Of a stretch of DNA of 64,000 nucleotides, positions 38,918 to 49,346 are shown in pieces; positions within the stretch are counted from its first letter, which is position 1, and each line of letters starts with the position of its first letter. The DNA is from a virus (taxonomy: Duplodnaviria > Caudoviricetes). Where the stretch lies: IMG/VR virus record IMGVR_UViG_3300028048_003198, positions 5,903 to 69,902 of that record. One strand, written 5' to 3'. Under the pieces are notes generated by a model. It worked only from the letters and a program-made list of their open reading frames with translations. It was not told where the DNA came from and searched no databases. Both the position numbers and the translations under genes were made by a program.

Positions 38918-40471
38918 ATGGCAGTAATTAAATCAATTTACCGAGACTACTTGGAGCGCCTTATGCCGTCTTTCACGGAACTCCGCGAAGAAGTTAATAA
39001 GGACAAGACTCCTCGTGTCTATCTGCACAAGCAGATGCTCCGCCGTGTTCACTCGACAGACAAACACTGGGTGAGTGCAGGAGTACACAACCGTTACGTA
39101 GCTGCTGACACGGTGGCTATGGATTCACCGCTTCCGATCAAGAGCCGTCCGGCTATCGAGCATGCTACCGGCAAACTGCCGAAGGTAGGTTTGATGCGCC
39201 AGATGAAAGAGAGCGATATCGATGCCGTAGATCGTCTGATCGAGCGTCATGCAGAGTTGCGTGAGATTCTTGCTCAACTCTACAATGATGTCGATTTCTG
39301 CTCTGTAGGTATCGATGAGAAGAACGAGTATGCTTTCTTGTATGCTCTGTCTCGCGGTTACGTCCTCGTTGAGGATATGGATAATGTCGGAGTCGGCATT
39401 CGTGTCAACTTCGGTTATCTTGAGCACAATACGTTCGGTGTTGTCAATGAGGGTCATATCTCTCGTGAGGATATCGAGCGCCTGTTGTCTCAGGCAGACC
39501 ACGACGGTAACACGCCGGGTTACATCTCCCTGTCGTCTGCGACATATCGTAAACTCCGTGGCGAGCGTTGGGCTCGCGAACTGGTTGCTTCCTATAACGA
39601 CCAGACCTACACGGAGCAAACGTCTCTCCCTGTACCGGGTTCCAAGGCATTCGACGCTGCTTTCGCTGACGAGTTCAACGGAATCAAGTTCAACGTTATC
39701 GATCGCAAGGTTGATTTCGAGAAGAACGGTAAGGTGATCTCGTTGAAGCCGTTCGCTAACGACGTGCTGATTTTCCACACCACTATGAAAGTAGGTGCTC
39801 TCGTATGGAGCGACCTCGTGGAGAAGAATCACCAAGTAGAGGGCGTGCTTTACCAGCTGATCGATGAGTTCAAGCTGATCTCGTCCTATGGCGAGACCAA
39901 CCCGCTCCGTATGTTCACGGCAGGCCAGGCACTCGTATTGCCTGTTATCGAGAATGTAGACGAGATTTACATGCTCGATGGTACTCTCCACCAACCGCTG
40001 GACGAAGCAGACAGCACGTCCGAAGGTGGCGTAGATAGCGTCATCACCGCTTTCGGCAATCGCTACGATAAGAGCGATGTAGTTGCCATCGCGAACAAAA
40101 TGTTCAACCTTGGTTTGAGCCTTGCTAAAACCGATGCAGAGGTTATCGAAGCCATCAACACCTTGAGCCAGTCCAAGCAGGGCAAGCTCAAGAAAGCTCT
40201 CGAAGCCGAGAGTGTGTATTACCCGGTTGTAGGTAACGCCACTCTGGATTTTGTTGCTGCAGGCGAAAGCAAGACCACCACGGTTAAGACTAACGCTTCC
40301 GGTGACATCACCGCGACCGCTTCCGAGTCTTGGGTAACTGCAAGTGTAGAGAATGGCGTTCTGACGGTAACTGCTGCGGCTAACAGCGGTGCTGCTCGTA
40401 CCGCAAAGGTAACCGTAACAGCAGGCGAGAAATCGGCTGAAATCGCAATCTCTCAGGCTGCTCAAGAGTAA
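38918..40471 (+). CDS. major capsid protein with C-terminal helical linker and BACON (Ig-like) domain
   Basis: Position and size; C-terminus WVTASVENGVLTVTAAANSGAARTAKVTVTAG...IAISQ. Confidence 0.8.
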   Translation: MAVIKSIYRDYLERLMPSFTELREEVNKDKTPRVYLHKQMLRRVHSTDKHWVSAGVHNRYVAADTVAMDSPLPIKSRPAIEHATGKLPKVGLMRQMKESDIDAVDRLIERHAELREILAQLYNDVDFCSVGIDEKNEYAFLYALSRGYVLVEDMDNVGVGIRVNFGYLEHNTFGVVNEGHISREDIERLLSQADHDGNTPGYISLSSATYRKLRGERWARELVASYNDQTYTEQTSLPVPGSKAFDAAFADEFNGIKFNVIDRKVDFEKNGKVISLKPFANDVLIFHTTMKVGALVWSDLVEKNHQVEGVLYQLIDEFKLISSYGETNPLRMFTAGQALVLPVIENVDEIYMLDGTLHQPLDEADSTSEGGVDSVITAFGNRYDKSDVVAIANKMFNLGLSLAKTDAEVIEAINTLSQSKQGKLKKALEAESVYYPVVGNATLDFVAAGESKTTTVKTNASGDITATASESWVTASVENGVLTVTAAANSGAARTAKVTVTAGEKSAEIAISQAAQE

Positions 40472-40508
40472 GCGACGAGACGAAGTGTAACTCAAAAAGA
40501 TAAGCAGT

Positions 40509-42093
40509 ATGGCAAAGACAGTAAGACAGGCGCTGATCGATGAGATATCCTATCCGTTGAGTGTAGGTTTCATCGAAAACAAACTCCTCGCAAGAGGATT
40601 GAATGCGGACGAATCGGTAACTCCGGAAATAATCAAGTCGAAAGGCTTCATAGGTGCTACTGCCGACTGCCTGTACGAACTTATCGTGGCTCCTAACATC
40701 TCCGAGGCTGGTAAGTCTATCAGCCTTGGGGATCGAGGGGTGATTTTGAAGAGGGCAAACAAGTTGTACAACTCCATCGGAGAAGAGTCGGTTGCTATTG
40801 ATGAACCTACCGTCCATTTTGGATGGCCCAAACGAAAATAAGGTATGGCTGTTCTGGAGTTCAAAACGCATAGTTATAAGGTAACGAGCAAGCCGGGCAA
40901 GATAACCATAGATGAGCAAGGTGATCCTGTTCAAGCGGAGCAATCCGAAACAGAATCCGCAGCCTATCCGTGCGATATCGTGGAATCCGGTGCGCCCAGT
41001 ACCATTACTACGCAAGACGGACAGTTGGTCACATACACATATACCGTTCACGGCGAACGCACGTCCCCGGAACTCTATGTGGGCCAAGAAATCCAGATTT
41101 TTGACAAAGAGCAGCGCCTTTTTTTCAAGGGGAAGATCAAAGGTTTCAGCAAAAAGCAGTTGCAGACGCTTATATGGGTGTAAAATGTAGCGCAGATATG
41201 AGCGCGATAGCGAACTATTTCAGCCAAGTAGTCGCGATCGCCAAAGAGGAATTATCAGCCACGTTTAAGTATCTCGGCGAAGAGTGCGTAGCACAAATCC
41301 GCGACAGATCACAAGACGAAAGCTGGTATGACCAAACAGGAAACTTGCGTTCATCTATCGGCTACGGTGTTTACGCTCACGGACGCGCAGAGATTGAATC
41401 TACGTTCCAGATCGTCAAGCAGGGTTCGGACGGACCTGCCGCAGGTAGGGAACTCCTTGACACGCTTGCAAAGCAATATGCCGACACGTACGCTCTCGTA
41501 GTTGTAGCCGGAATGAATTACGCCGATGAGGTAGAGGCGCGCGATAATAAAGATGTACTCGCATCCGCAGAATTGAGCGCACGCGCCAAGATCGACGGCC
41601 GTCTGCAAAAGACGAGAGAAAGAATACTCAAGAGAATCGAAAAGTTGAGTCTATGAAAACCGATATCGACATACAGGATGACATTCTGAATTTTCTCGCA
41701 GGGAACGCCGAGTTCTTGAGTGAGATATCAGCACACGGCTTCGCCAAGGAAAATATCGTAATCGAGAAGCGCAAGGAGGGCGCGGAACAAATCGTGATCT
41801 CCATACTCGCCAACGGTGGCGCTACCGAACTGCAGGATGCCTATGTGAATGTGAATGTCTTCGTGAAAGATAAGAAGGGTACGGAGCATACAGACGGTGC
41901 CGGAGAGGTAACCGTATATTATGCAGACAGAAAGCGTTTGCGTCCAATCTGCGAAATCATGCAGCGTTATCTGTCATCCGGCTACGGTGACACATTCAGA
42001 TTCGACCTCGATTCTCAAAGGGTACTCGAAGACGCGGCCACTCACTCGCACTTCGTAAACAATAAGTTATTGTATCACCAAATAAATATGTAA
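40509..42093 (+). CDS. head completion and neck genes (40509-40841, 40845-41183, 41174-41656 HK97 gp10-like, 41653-42093 tail terminator-like)
   Basis: Siphovirus synteny; DQTGNLRSSIGY and VVAGMNYA in 41174-41656. Confidence 0.7.
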
Positions 42094-42097
42094 AGCT

Positions 42098-42856
42098 ATG
42101 AGTAAAATTTCATGGGGTAAACCCACCATTCTGCTCAAGGACCTCGACGAGCCGGGTTCCAACTGGAAGAAAATCCCGACTCCGGTAGAAGACAGCACCG
42201 TGCTCGAAATCGAGGAGGGTGAAGTTCTTGAGGCAAAGGTTGAGGGCGGTGATGTTGAGGATGAAAAGCATCAGCGTAACAAAGCGAACCTCACGATGGA
42301 GATTCGTGCGGCTAAGAACCGTCACCTCATCGCTCGCGACAATGATGGTGTCATCAATCACCATTTTGCTGTTGCTGTTATTCCGGAAGACAACGCCGCT
42401 CCTGGTCTGCTGATCGACCGCGCAAGTATGCACGCCACTCCGAGCTATTCCTGCAAAGAGGGTATTAAGCGTTCGTACAAGATGGGCGCACTCGTTCCTG
42501 ATGATGAGTCGCATTCGGTTAAGATCGGTACCATCAATGTTACCCGCAGCGGTGATGTTGTAACCGACGTAACCTGCACGGAAGAGGATATCGACCTGAG
42601 TTCGCTCAGCGCAAGTCCGGCATCTTTGTCGTTCGGCGCATCGAGCGCAGCTGCTCAGACCGTGACCATCTCCGGTGCAACCGCCATCACGAGCGCAACG
42701 CCTAATCGTGGCTGGCTGACCGTAACCTACACAGGTACGACTGTAACCGTAACGGCTGCTGACAACTCCAACACGAGCGCACGTAACGCTACGGTAACGG
42801 TAATTGCCAACGGCGAGACCATCAAGATTCCTGTATCTCAAGCAGGTGCAGCGTAA
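42098..42856 (+). CDS. major tail tube protein with C-terminal BACON domain
   Basis: SWGKPTI N-terminus; LSASPASLSFGA...WLTVTYTGTTVTVTAADNSNTSARNATVTV...IPVSQ. Confidence 0.8.
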   Translation: MSKISWGKPTILLKDLDEPGSNWKKIPTPVEDSTVLEIEEGEVLEAKVEGGDVEDEKHQRNKANLTMEIRAAKNRHLIARDNDGVINHHFAVAVIPEDNAAPGLLIDRASMHATPSYSCKEGIKRSYKMGALVPDDESHSVKIGTINVTRSGDVVTDVTCTEEDIDLSSLSASPASLSFGASSAAAQTVTISGATAITSATPNRGWLTVTYTGTTVTVTAADNSNTSARNATVTVIANGETIKIPVSQAGAA

Positions 42857-42862
42857 TCACAG

Positions 42863-42890
42863 AGCAGACGGAACTAAAAAGCCGTCTGCT
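42863..42890 (+). terminator. hairpin after the tail tube gene (terminator or processing signal)
   Basis: AGCAGACGG/CCGTCTGCT 9-bp stem; weak U-tract. Confidence 0.5.
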
Positions 42891-42895
42891 TACAC

Positions 42896-42970
42896 AGCGC
42901 GATAGAGCAGCGGTAGCTCGCTGGATTCATCATCCGGAGGTCGCAGGTTCGAATCCTGCTCGCGCAACCA
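42896..42970 (+). tRNA. tRNA-Met(CAT), initiator-like
   Basis: A1:A72 mismatch, A11:U24, anticodon arm CTGGA-TTCATCA-TCCGG, GCAGG-TTCGAAT-CCTGC, encoded ACCA. Confidence 0.88.
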
Positions 42971-43047
42971 CCGATAAACTTGCCATAAGTTTTGAGAGCC
43001 GAACGCGCTGCGGCTAAAGACAGTGCGAAAACTAAATCACAAACAAA

Positions 43048-43440
43048 ATGAAGAAGGTTTTATTTGTAGCGTTAGGTGTCTTGTTTGCCCTCGCTATGTA
43101 TGCGGCACCGCCCACCGATGTAGGCAAGCCGCTGAGTGACCAAGTTCTGCTTGTGCAGGCTGAGGCTCAACCGATGGTAGCGGACTTCGTTTACGTGGAT
43201 TACTCCATCGAGACGATTGCGACTGCTTCCGAAACGAGTTACGAACTTTACGTGGCTATGCCCGCAGAGGTGCGCAACCAAGTGTTTGACTTGAAGATGC
43301 CAGTCTTCCGATTATGTAACCGGAGTTACGTGGCGATGAATAGTCAGATCACGATTCAGGAATTGGCCAGAAGAAACTTGCCTCCGAATCGCAAGGCTTT
43401 AGCCCGGAAGAGTCTCGATACTCCATATGAAGTAGGTTAG
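43048..43440 (+). CDS. hypothetical exported protein
   Basis: MKKVLFVALGVLFALAMYA signal peptide. Confidence 0.6.
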   Translation: MKKVLFVALGVLFALAMYAAPPTDVGKPLSDQVLLVQAEAQPMVADFVYVDYSIETIATASETSYELYVAMPAEVRNQVFDLKMPVFRLCNRSYVAMNSQITIQELARRNLPPNRKALARKSLDTPYEVG

Positions 43441-43514
43441 CACAGCGGTAGTGCGGGTGGTGAACTTGATTGGAATCCACAGGTCGCAGGTTCGAATCCT
43501 GCACCTACTCCCCA
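43431..43514 (+). pseudogene. tRNA-like element with an expanded (14-16 nt) anticodon loop
   Basis: AGTAGGT/ACCTACT acceptor, GCAC-AGCGGTA-GTGC D arm, 22 nt identical to the tRNA-Met variable and T arm. Confidence 0.65.
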
Positions 43515-43532
43515 GAAAGCAGAATTAAAACT

Positions 43533-44282
43533 ATGACAAAGCAAGAAAAAGATATAGAGAATAAAGAGCGTGCCGCAAAGATAGAAACGATGCTTTGCGA
43601 CGCTATCCTTGAAAGGCCCATTTCGTTCCAGACGCAGGATGGGCGTTTCTATTATATATATCAGCCGAGTTTCGGTGTGTATCTGCTTTGTGATCCTATC
43701 ATGCGCAGTCTTGATATAGATAAGGATTTCTTCGGCGTGAACAGCACCTTGGAAATGACGCGCGTGATTGTGGCGAAACGTCAAGAGGTACTTCGTCTCG
43801 TGGCGTACCATTCTTTCAAGCGCCGGAGTGATGCCATCTGTGAAGACTTGGTGCAGAAGCGCATCAAAGAGTTCGACGAGATCATCGACACATCCGATCT
43901 TCTGACTTTGTTTTCGTACATCACCGCATGGAGAGGCGATGCAGCCACCATGCAGGAGTATTTCAAGATCGACAAAGATCGCGAGTCGAAGAATGAGGTT
44001 CATCAAGAACTGTCGAAGAAAGGTGGTCTCGTTTATGGTGGTCGCAGTATCTATGGCCAGTTGATTGATTTCGCGTGTCAACGCTATGGTTGGCAGATGG
44101 GTTACGTGGTATGGGGCATCTCCATGACGAACCTGACGATGATGACATCTGACTACATCACCACCATACAGATGACCAAGGAAGAGATGAGTAAGATGAA
44201 CCTGTCGAATGATAGGGATGTGATAAAGGCAGACGATCCTGCTAACTGGTCGAAGATAAGAGATATGGCGAGAGGAACGTAG
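43533..44282 (+). CDS. tail assembly chaperone
   Basis: Position before the tape measure gene; GGRSIYGQLID.ACQRYGW...VVWGIS. Confidence 0.65.
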   Translation: MTKQEKDIENKERAAKIETMLCDAILERPISFQTQDGRFYYIYQPSFGVYLLCDPIMRSLDIDKDFFGVNSTLEMTRVIVAKRQEVLRLVAYHSFKRRSDAICEDLVQKRIKEFDEIIDTSDLLTLFSYITAWRGDAATMQEYFKIDKDRESKNEVHQELSKKGGLVYGGRSIYGQLIDFACQRYGWQMGYVVWGISMTNLTMMTSDYITTIQMTKEEMSKMNLSNDRDVIKADDPANWSKIRDMARGT

Positions 44283-44375
44283 TGGTTGTAGTACAAGAAA
44301 ACCCCTACAATCGTCTGGACGAATTGGACGATAAAAAATGATAGCACGTGCGCAGCGCGTATAATTACGATATAT

Positions 44376-47300
44376 ATGAGTGGATTGCATTTTGATTTCA
44401 CGGGTAACCCGGCAGGCCTTGTAGATGCAGCGAACAGGTCTCGCATCGCGATAGAGGGTGTAACGAAAGAAGCGGAAACAGCAGGTGTTTCTGTGGATAA
44501 GTTTTTGGGAGCGTCCAAGGACTTTGTTACATCCATGACTGGTTTCGGCATAGGCGTTGCTGGTCTCAAGTCGTTCGGTCAAGAACTGATCAATATACGT
44601 AGTGAGTTTCAGGACACGGAAGCACGCTTGAAAGTATTTCTCAAGAGTGAAGAAGCCGCATCTGAAATGATGGAGGAGTTGGAGGGTAGAGCGTACAATA
44701 ACGTATTTGAGTTCCGCGATATAACGAAAGCGGCTGCGCAATTGCTTGCATTCAAGACAGAAGCCAAAGACGTAGGCGATACGATAGATAGACTATCCGA
44801 GATTGCAGCCGGAACAGGCGGCTCTCTCGCCGACATGGTTGAGAAATACAATAAGGTCAAGTCGACGAACTCGATGGACTCTCATCTGGTACAGCAGTTC
44901 GCGACTATGGGTATTGATGTCAAATCAGTACTCGCCGAGTTGGAGGGCAAAAACCGCTCGGATTATGACGGTATCACGCTTACGTTCAAAGACCTGCAGA
45001 AAGTTATCCATCATCTTACAGACGAGGGCGGCCAGTTCTTTGGAATGATGAAAGAGCGCGGCAAAAACTTATCCGATAGTATCGCCGGAGTGCGTGATAA
45101 CTTCGCGCTCATGATGGACGAGATCGGCGAATCCACTCAAGGACCTATCAAGAAAAGTATCGATACTGCTAACGAACTCATCGGCAACTGGAAAGAGGTT
45201 GCCAACGTTATCGGTGGCGCAGTCGTTGCATTCGGATCGTACAAAGCAGCCTTTGTGGCTTTTGAGGGTATCAAGGCGGCGCGCAAGAAGATAAACTATA
45301 AACTTGAAGCCAAGGAACTTGAGAGCATCACGAAAGCAACTCAGGAAGCCTATAATATCGAGATCGAGATGCTTGAACAGCAGATACAAGCAGGTACTGC
45401 TGCTCGTGACGCTGATCTTCAAGTAGCAGTAGCCAAAGGCACGCTGACAGAAGCACAAGCCTTGGAGATTGCCAAGATGCGCGAGTTAGCAGCCGAACAG
45501 GTTAACCAACTCGCCATAAAGGCACAGTTGGCACAAGCGGACGCTGCTTCTGCCGCAGAAGAGCTGAAAAGTCTCAATACGATAGAGTCCGCAACAAAGT
45601 ACTATTCCGATCAAATCGCAGCGATAGACGCAAAGATTGCTTCACTCGGATCAGAGGCTACTGCCGAACAATTGAGTACACTCGAAAAGAAGAAGGCTAT
45701 AGCAGCCGAGAATCTTGAAATGGTTTCTCGTCAGCAGAACGGTCTTGAGACGCGCAAACAAACAGTCGCGCAACAAGCAGAAGCAGCGTCCAAGCACGCA
45801 GAAGCACTCGCCGCGCAATCAGATGCAGCGAAGCAAGGTCTTGATGCGGTCGGAAAATCTGTGAACACCCAGCAGACAAAAATGCTGACACGTGCACAGA
45901 TGGCCCTCAAGATGGCTATGGATGCGACCGGGCTGTCGATGCTCGCCAATCCTTACGTGCTCGCCGCTGCGGCTGTAGCCGCTCTGTGCTTCGGTATATA
46001 CAAACTCGTAACCGCAGAGAGCGCCGCAGAAAAGGCTGCTCGCAAGCATAACGAGGCGCTTGAGAAACGCAAGCAACTCTCCGGATCGCTTTCTACATCT
46101 CTTAATAGCAGCGATAGCGTAATCTCTGACAGCACAAAGGATGAACGTCTAAAGCAGGTAGAGTTTGATGCTATGCTTAACGGCACTAAGAAATACAAGA
46201 ACGATAAAGGAGAGGACCTTTTGGATCAAGAGACTGAAATGCTGCGAGAGGTAGAAAAACGCTATGCCGAGCACTTTGGAACGCTTGAGAAGATGGAAGC
46301 CGCTTCTGATGAAGAACGTAAAACCATACGCAGTAAGATTGAAGCCGATTTCCTGATGGAGCAAGCCGTTCGAGAAAAAGAGCAGGCAGAAGCACACCTT
46401 AAAGGGTTGTATGCACATAACGAAGCGCTTGCTAAGGTTGGTGCGCAGGCAGGATATTACACCACCAAAGATTTTAAGGCAGCGCAAGAGGCTATCGATT
46501 TAGCAACGGCAGAGGTTGATAAGTTAAAAGCATCGTACGACAAAGCGGCTGCGGCAGCTAAAGCGGCTGCTGATGCAGAGGCTAAACGCGATAAGATAGA
46601 CGTAGAGGGAACAGTTCAGCGTATTTATGACGCAGAGAGAGTGTTGGAACTCGCACGCCAGGCGTTCGCTTTGGACGCATCCGAGTCAAATAAGCAGGCT
46701 CTAAAGGAGGCAGAGGAAAACGTCAAGATGTATATAAATAACTACCAGTTGCAGACTGGTAAGCAGTGGAAAGACACAAGGAAACTGAACGAGGAGCGCC
46801 AAAAGGCTATCCGTGCTGCTGCTAACGAAGAGACGCGCATCCGGAACTCTGCTATCGAAGATCAACGCAAAGCACGCAAGGCCGAACTCACGCAAACCAT
46901 TAAAGAGTTAAAGCAAGAGGAGGAAGAATATCGCAAGGCTAATAATGGGCGCAGTAGTGGCACGTTGAAACAGAAAATCAAGAACGCCCAACTCCAATTT
47001 GATATTGATATTGCCAATCTGGACCGTCAGTGGAACGAGTGGAAGCGTAGTCACGAAAGAGAAACGATCCAACTGACGCTGGATATCGAGATGGAGCAGT
47101 TGCAGCGCAATATCGACGAAGCAACCTCCGCTGCTGAACGCGAAAGCGCTACGAAAGCGTACCGGGCTAAAGAGACGGAGCGCATGACTATCGATAACCG
47201 CAATGCCGCCGATGATGAAATCAAGAATAAATTGGGAGGAAGCCTCGATCTTCTGCAAAAGTACCAGGAGAATAAAGGCAAGAGCAATGCCGATCTATCT

Positions 47301-49346
47301 ACTTTGCTCGGCGTTGACGAGAAGACGATCTCCGAACTCCGTGAGGTAGAAACGCACTACGCTAACATCCTCGATCTGCAGTTGAAGCAGAAAGCCGCTG
47401 CTCGCTCCAAGGAAGACTTGGATCAGCAGATAAGCGATATGACGGACTTTGCGCAACAATCCATCGCGATTGAGCAGGAACGCCTCGACGCTATACGTGA
47501 TCTCGAACTAAACGAGATGGACCCGAACGAGCGCCGGAAGAAAGAAGAGGAAGTCAATGCCGTTGCTGCAGCCAAGCAAGCAAAACTGGAGCGTGATACT
47601 GGATATGATGCAGAGGGCAACCAAGGAGAAGAAGCACTTGCGCGTAAGATGTCGGAGTTTGGTATCAGTCTTGCTACCGCTACATTCGACCAGATAGAGT
47701 TGCTGTATCAGGAGTATATGGACGAACTGTCAAAGCAGATAGAGCCGCTCCAACAGCAGAACGCAGCCATGGACGAGTATATGACTAAACAATCTATGCT
47801 TGCGTCCGGCAGAAACGAAGAGGGAGGAGAATTGACCGAAGAAGAGAAGCAGGCTCTTCGTGAACGCGAAGCAGAGTTGGCAGCCATTCTTCTCGGCTAC
47901 GGCATCCAACTCGAAGATATCGATGCACGTCGTGCGCAGAACGCCCAGAAACTCCTTGCACTCAATCAGAGCAAGAAGATCGTCGAAGAGCAGTATATCA
48001 ACGCATCCGACAAAGCAAGCAAGTCTGAGTCGGATCAGGCTATTGTCTCTCGTGCCCGGTGGAATCACTCGCGCACCGCTCTCAAGATAGTCGGTGATAC
48101 CGCAAAGCAGGTTTCCGATACGTTCGGCGGCTATATGAGCACTAAGGCGAAGAAAGCCTTGGATGCTATTGCTACCGTGTCAGATGTAGCGTTAAACTCC
48201 ATCGACGCTATCAGCACCTGTGTCAAGAGCACATCCACGGCTATGCAAGTAAGTAGCGCAGCTGCGGCTACAAGCATATCGACGGTTGAGAAAGCATCCG
48301 TCATCCTCACCATTATTAGCGCAGTTATTCAGGCGGCTATCGCCATCGCCAACCTGCTCGGGATTAAGTCTAACTATGAGATCGCCAAGGAGCGTCTGGA
48401 TGCACAGATAGAGCGCGTAGAGGATGCCAAAGAGAAGCAGGCAGAGTTAGAGCGTATCTACAAACGTAGCGCCGGAACGAAGCACTATAAGGAGATGGCT
48501 AAGGCTGCAAAGAATTACGATGAAGTAATCCGTGAACAGGAGTTAGCCGTTAAGCGTGCGGAAGAAGCGCGTGATGCTGCCAAATCGGACGATGACAAGA
48601 AAGAGGCAGATAAGACACTCAAGGAACAGCAGCAGGCTCTGCAAGAGTTAAAGGACAGCAAATATGAGTTGTTTGAGCAGATGCGCCAAGAGTTGCTTAC
48701 GACTGACGTTACATCTTTCTCTGAAAGCCTTGCAGATGCACTCGTAGAGGGCTTTGAGGATGGCACGAGTAGCATACATGACGTTTGGGAGAATGTACTG
48801 AACGACATGATGAAAACCATGATGAAGAAGCAACTTGCTCTCGCTCTGGCCGATAAGTTTGACGAGACGTTTAAGAAATTCAATGTTGCTTTGGATGATG
48901 GCGAACTCACCGAAAGCGAAATGCAGTACATCCTGAAAGAGATGGAGAGAAAGAGCGGTGAGGCAGAGGTTATCGCTGCTCAATATCAGCAGATGATGGA
49001 GAGAATGGGTGTACTCGATGACAGTTATTCCGGTGCAGGCTCCGGAGGTGGCCTTAAGAGTATGTCGCAAGATACCGCTGACGAACTAAACGGACGTTTT
49101 ACATCCTTACAGATGACCGGAGTGTCGCTGCTTGCTAACAATATCGAGTTGAAAGAACTACTGGTTGCGCAAATCCCGACTATCAATTCGATGCTGATGC
49201 AGATATATAATAACGGCATCGCATCCGTATTGTTAGCAGCCGATGCAGAGTTGGAGCAGTTGCGCATCATCTCGGCAAATACTGGTCTGCTTGTAGAGAC
49301 GAACAGACGATTAGCGAATATCGAAAGCAAAACAAACCAATTATGA
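44376..49346 (+). CDS. tape measure protein
   Basis: 1656 aa, Ala/Glu/Lys-rich helical protein, tape-measure N-terminal domain, KSMSQDTADELNGRFTSLQ near the C-terminus. Confidence 0.92.
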   Translation: MSGLHFDFTGNPAGLVDAANRSRIAIEGVTKEAETAGVSVDKFLGASKDFVTSMTGFGIGVAGLKSFGQELINIRSEFQDTEARLKVFLKSEEAASEMMEELEGRAYNNVFEFRDITKAAAQLLAFKTEAKDVGDTIDRLSEIAAGTGGSLADMVEKYNKVKSTNSMDSHLVQQFATMGIDVKSVLAELEGKNRSDYDGITLTFKDLQKVIHHLTDEGGQFFGMMKERGKNLSDSIAGVRDNFALMMDEIGESTQGPIKKSIDTANELIGNWKEVANVIGGAVVAFGSYKAAFVAFEGIKAARKKINYKLEAKELESITKATQEAYNIEIEMLEQQIQAGTAARDADLQVAVAKGTLTEAQALEIAKMRELAAEQVNQLAIKAQLAQADAASAAEELKSLNTIESATKYYSDQIAAIDAKIASLGSEATAEQLSTLEKKKAIAAENLEMVSRQQNGLETRKQTVAQQAEAASKHAEALAAQSDAAKQGLDAVGKSVNTQQTKMLTRAQMALKMAMDATGLSMLANPYVLAAAAVAALCFGIYKLVTAESAAEKAARKHNEALEKRKQLSGSLSTSLNSSDSVISDSTKDERLKQVEFDAMLNGTKKYKNDKGEDLLDQETEMLREVEKRYAEHFGTLEKMEAASDEERKTIRSKIEADFLMEQAVREKEQAEAHLKGLYAHNEALAKVGAQAGYYTTKDFKAAQEAIDLATAEVDKLKASYDKAAAAAKAAADAEAKRDKIDVEGTVQRIYDAERVLELARQAFALDASESNKQALKEAEENVKMYINNYQLQTGKQWKDTRKLNEERQKAIRAAANEETRIRNSAIEDQRKARKAELTQTIKELKQEEEEYRKANNGRSSGTLKQKIKNAQLQFDIDIANLDRQWNEWKRSHERETIQLTLDIEMEQLQRNIDEATSAAERESATKAYRAKETERMTIDNRNAADDEIKNKLGGSLDLLQKYQENKGKSNADLSTLLGVDEKTISELREVETHYANILDLQLKQKAAARSKEDLDQQISDMTDFAQQSIAIEQERLDAIRDLELNEMDPNERRKKEEEVNAVAAAKQAKLERDTGYDAEGNQGEEALARKMSEFGISLATATFDQIELLYQEYMDELSKQIEPLQQQNAAMDEYMTKQSMLASGRNEEGGELTEEEKQALREREAELAAILLGYGIQLEDIDARRAQNAQKLLALNQSKKIVEEQYINASDKASKSESDQAIVSRARWNHSRTALKIVGDTAKQVSDTFGGYMSTKAKKALDAIATVSDVALNSIDAISTCVKSTSTAMQVSSAAAATSISTVEKASVILTIISAVIQAAIAIANLLGIKSNYEIAKERLDAQIERVEDAKEKQAELERIYKRSAGTKHYKEMAKAAKNYDEVIREQELAVKRAEEARDAAKSDDDKKEADKTLKEQQQALQELKDSKYELFEQMRQELLTTDVTSFSESLADALVEGFEDGTSSIHDVWENVLNDMMKTMMKKQLALALADKFDETFKKFNVALDDGELTESEMQYILKEMERKSGEAEVIAAQYQQMMERMGVLDDSYSGAGSGGGLKSMSQDTADELNGRFTSLQMTGVSLLANNIELKELLVAQIPTINSMLMQIYNNGIASVLLAADAELEQLRIISANTGLLVETNRRLANIESKTNQL

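Noticed and set aside
39125-40495. Long minus-strand ORFs such as 39125-40495, 43437-44741, 24693-25550 and 42110-42841
   Set aside because: They are antisense shadows of well-supported + strand genes, with no recognisable motifs or start signals
46894-46910. AAACCATTAAAGAGTTA inside the tape measure gene
   Set aside because: No ATG follows and it is explained by the coding sequence (QTIKEL); not counted as a leader
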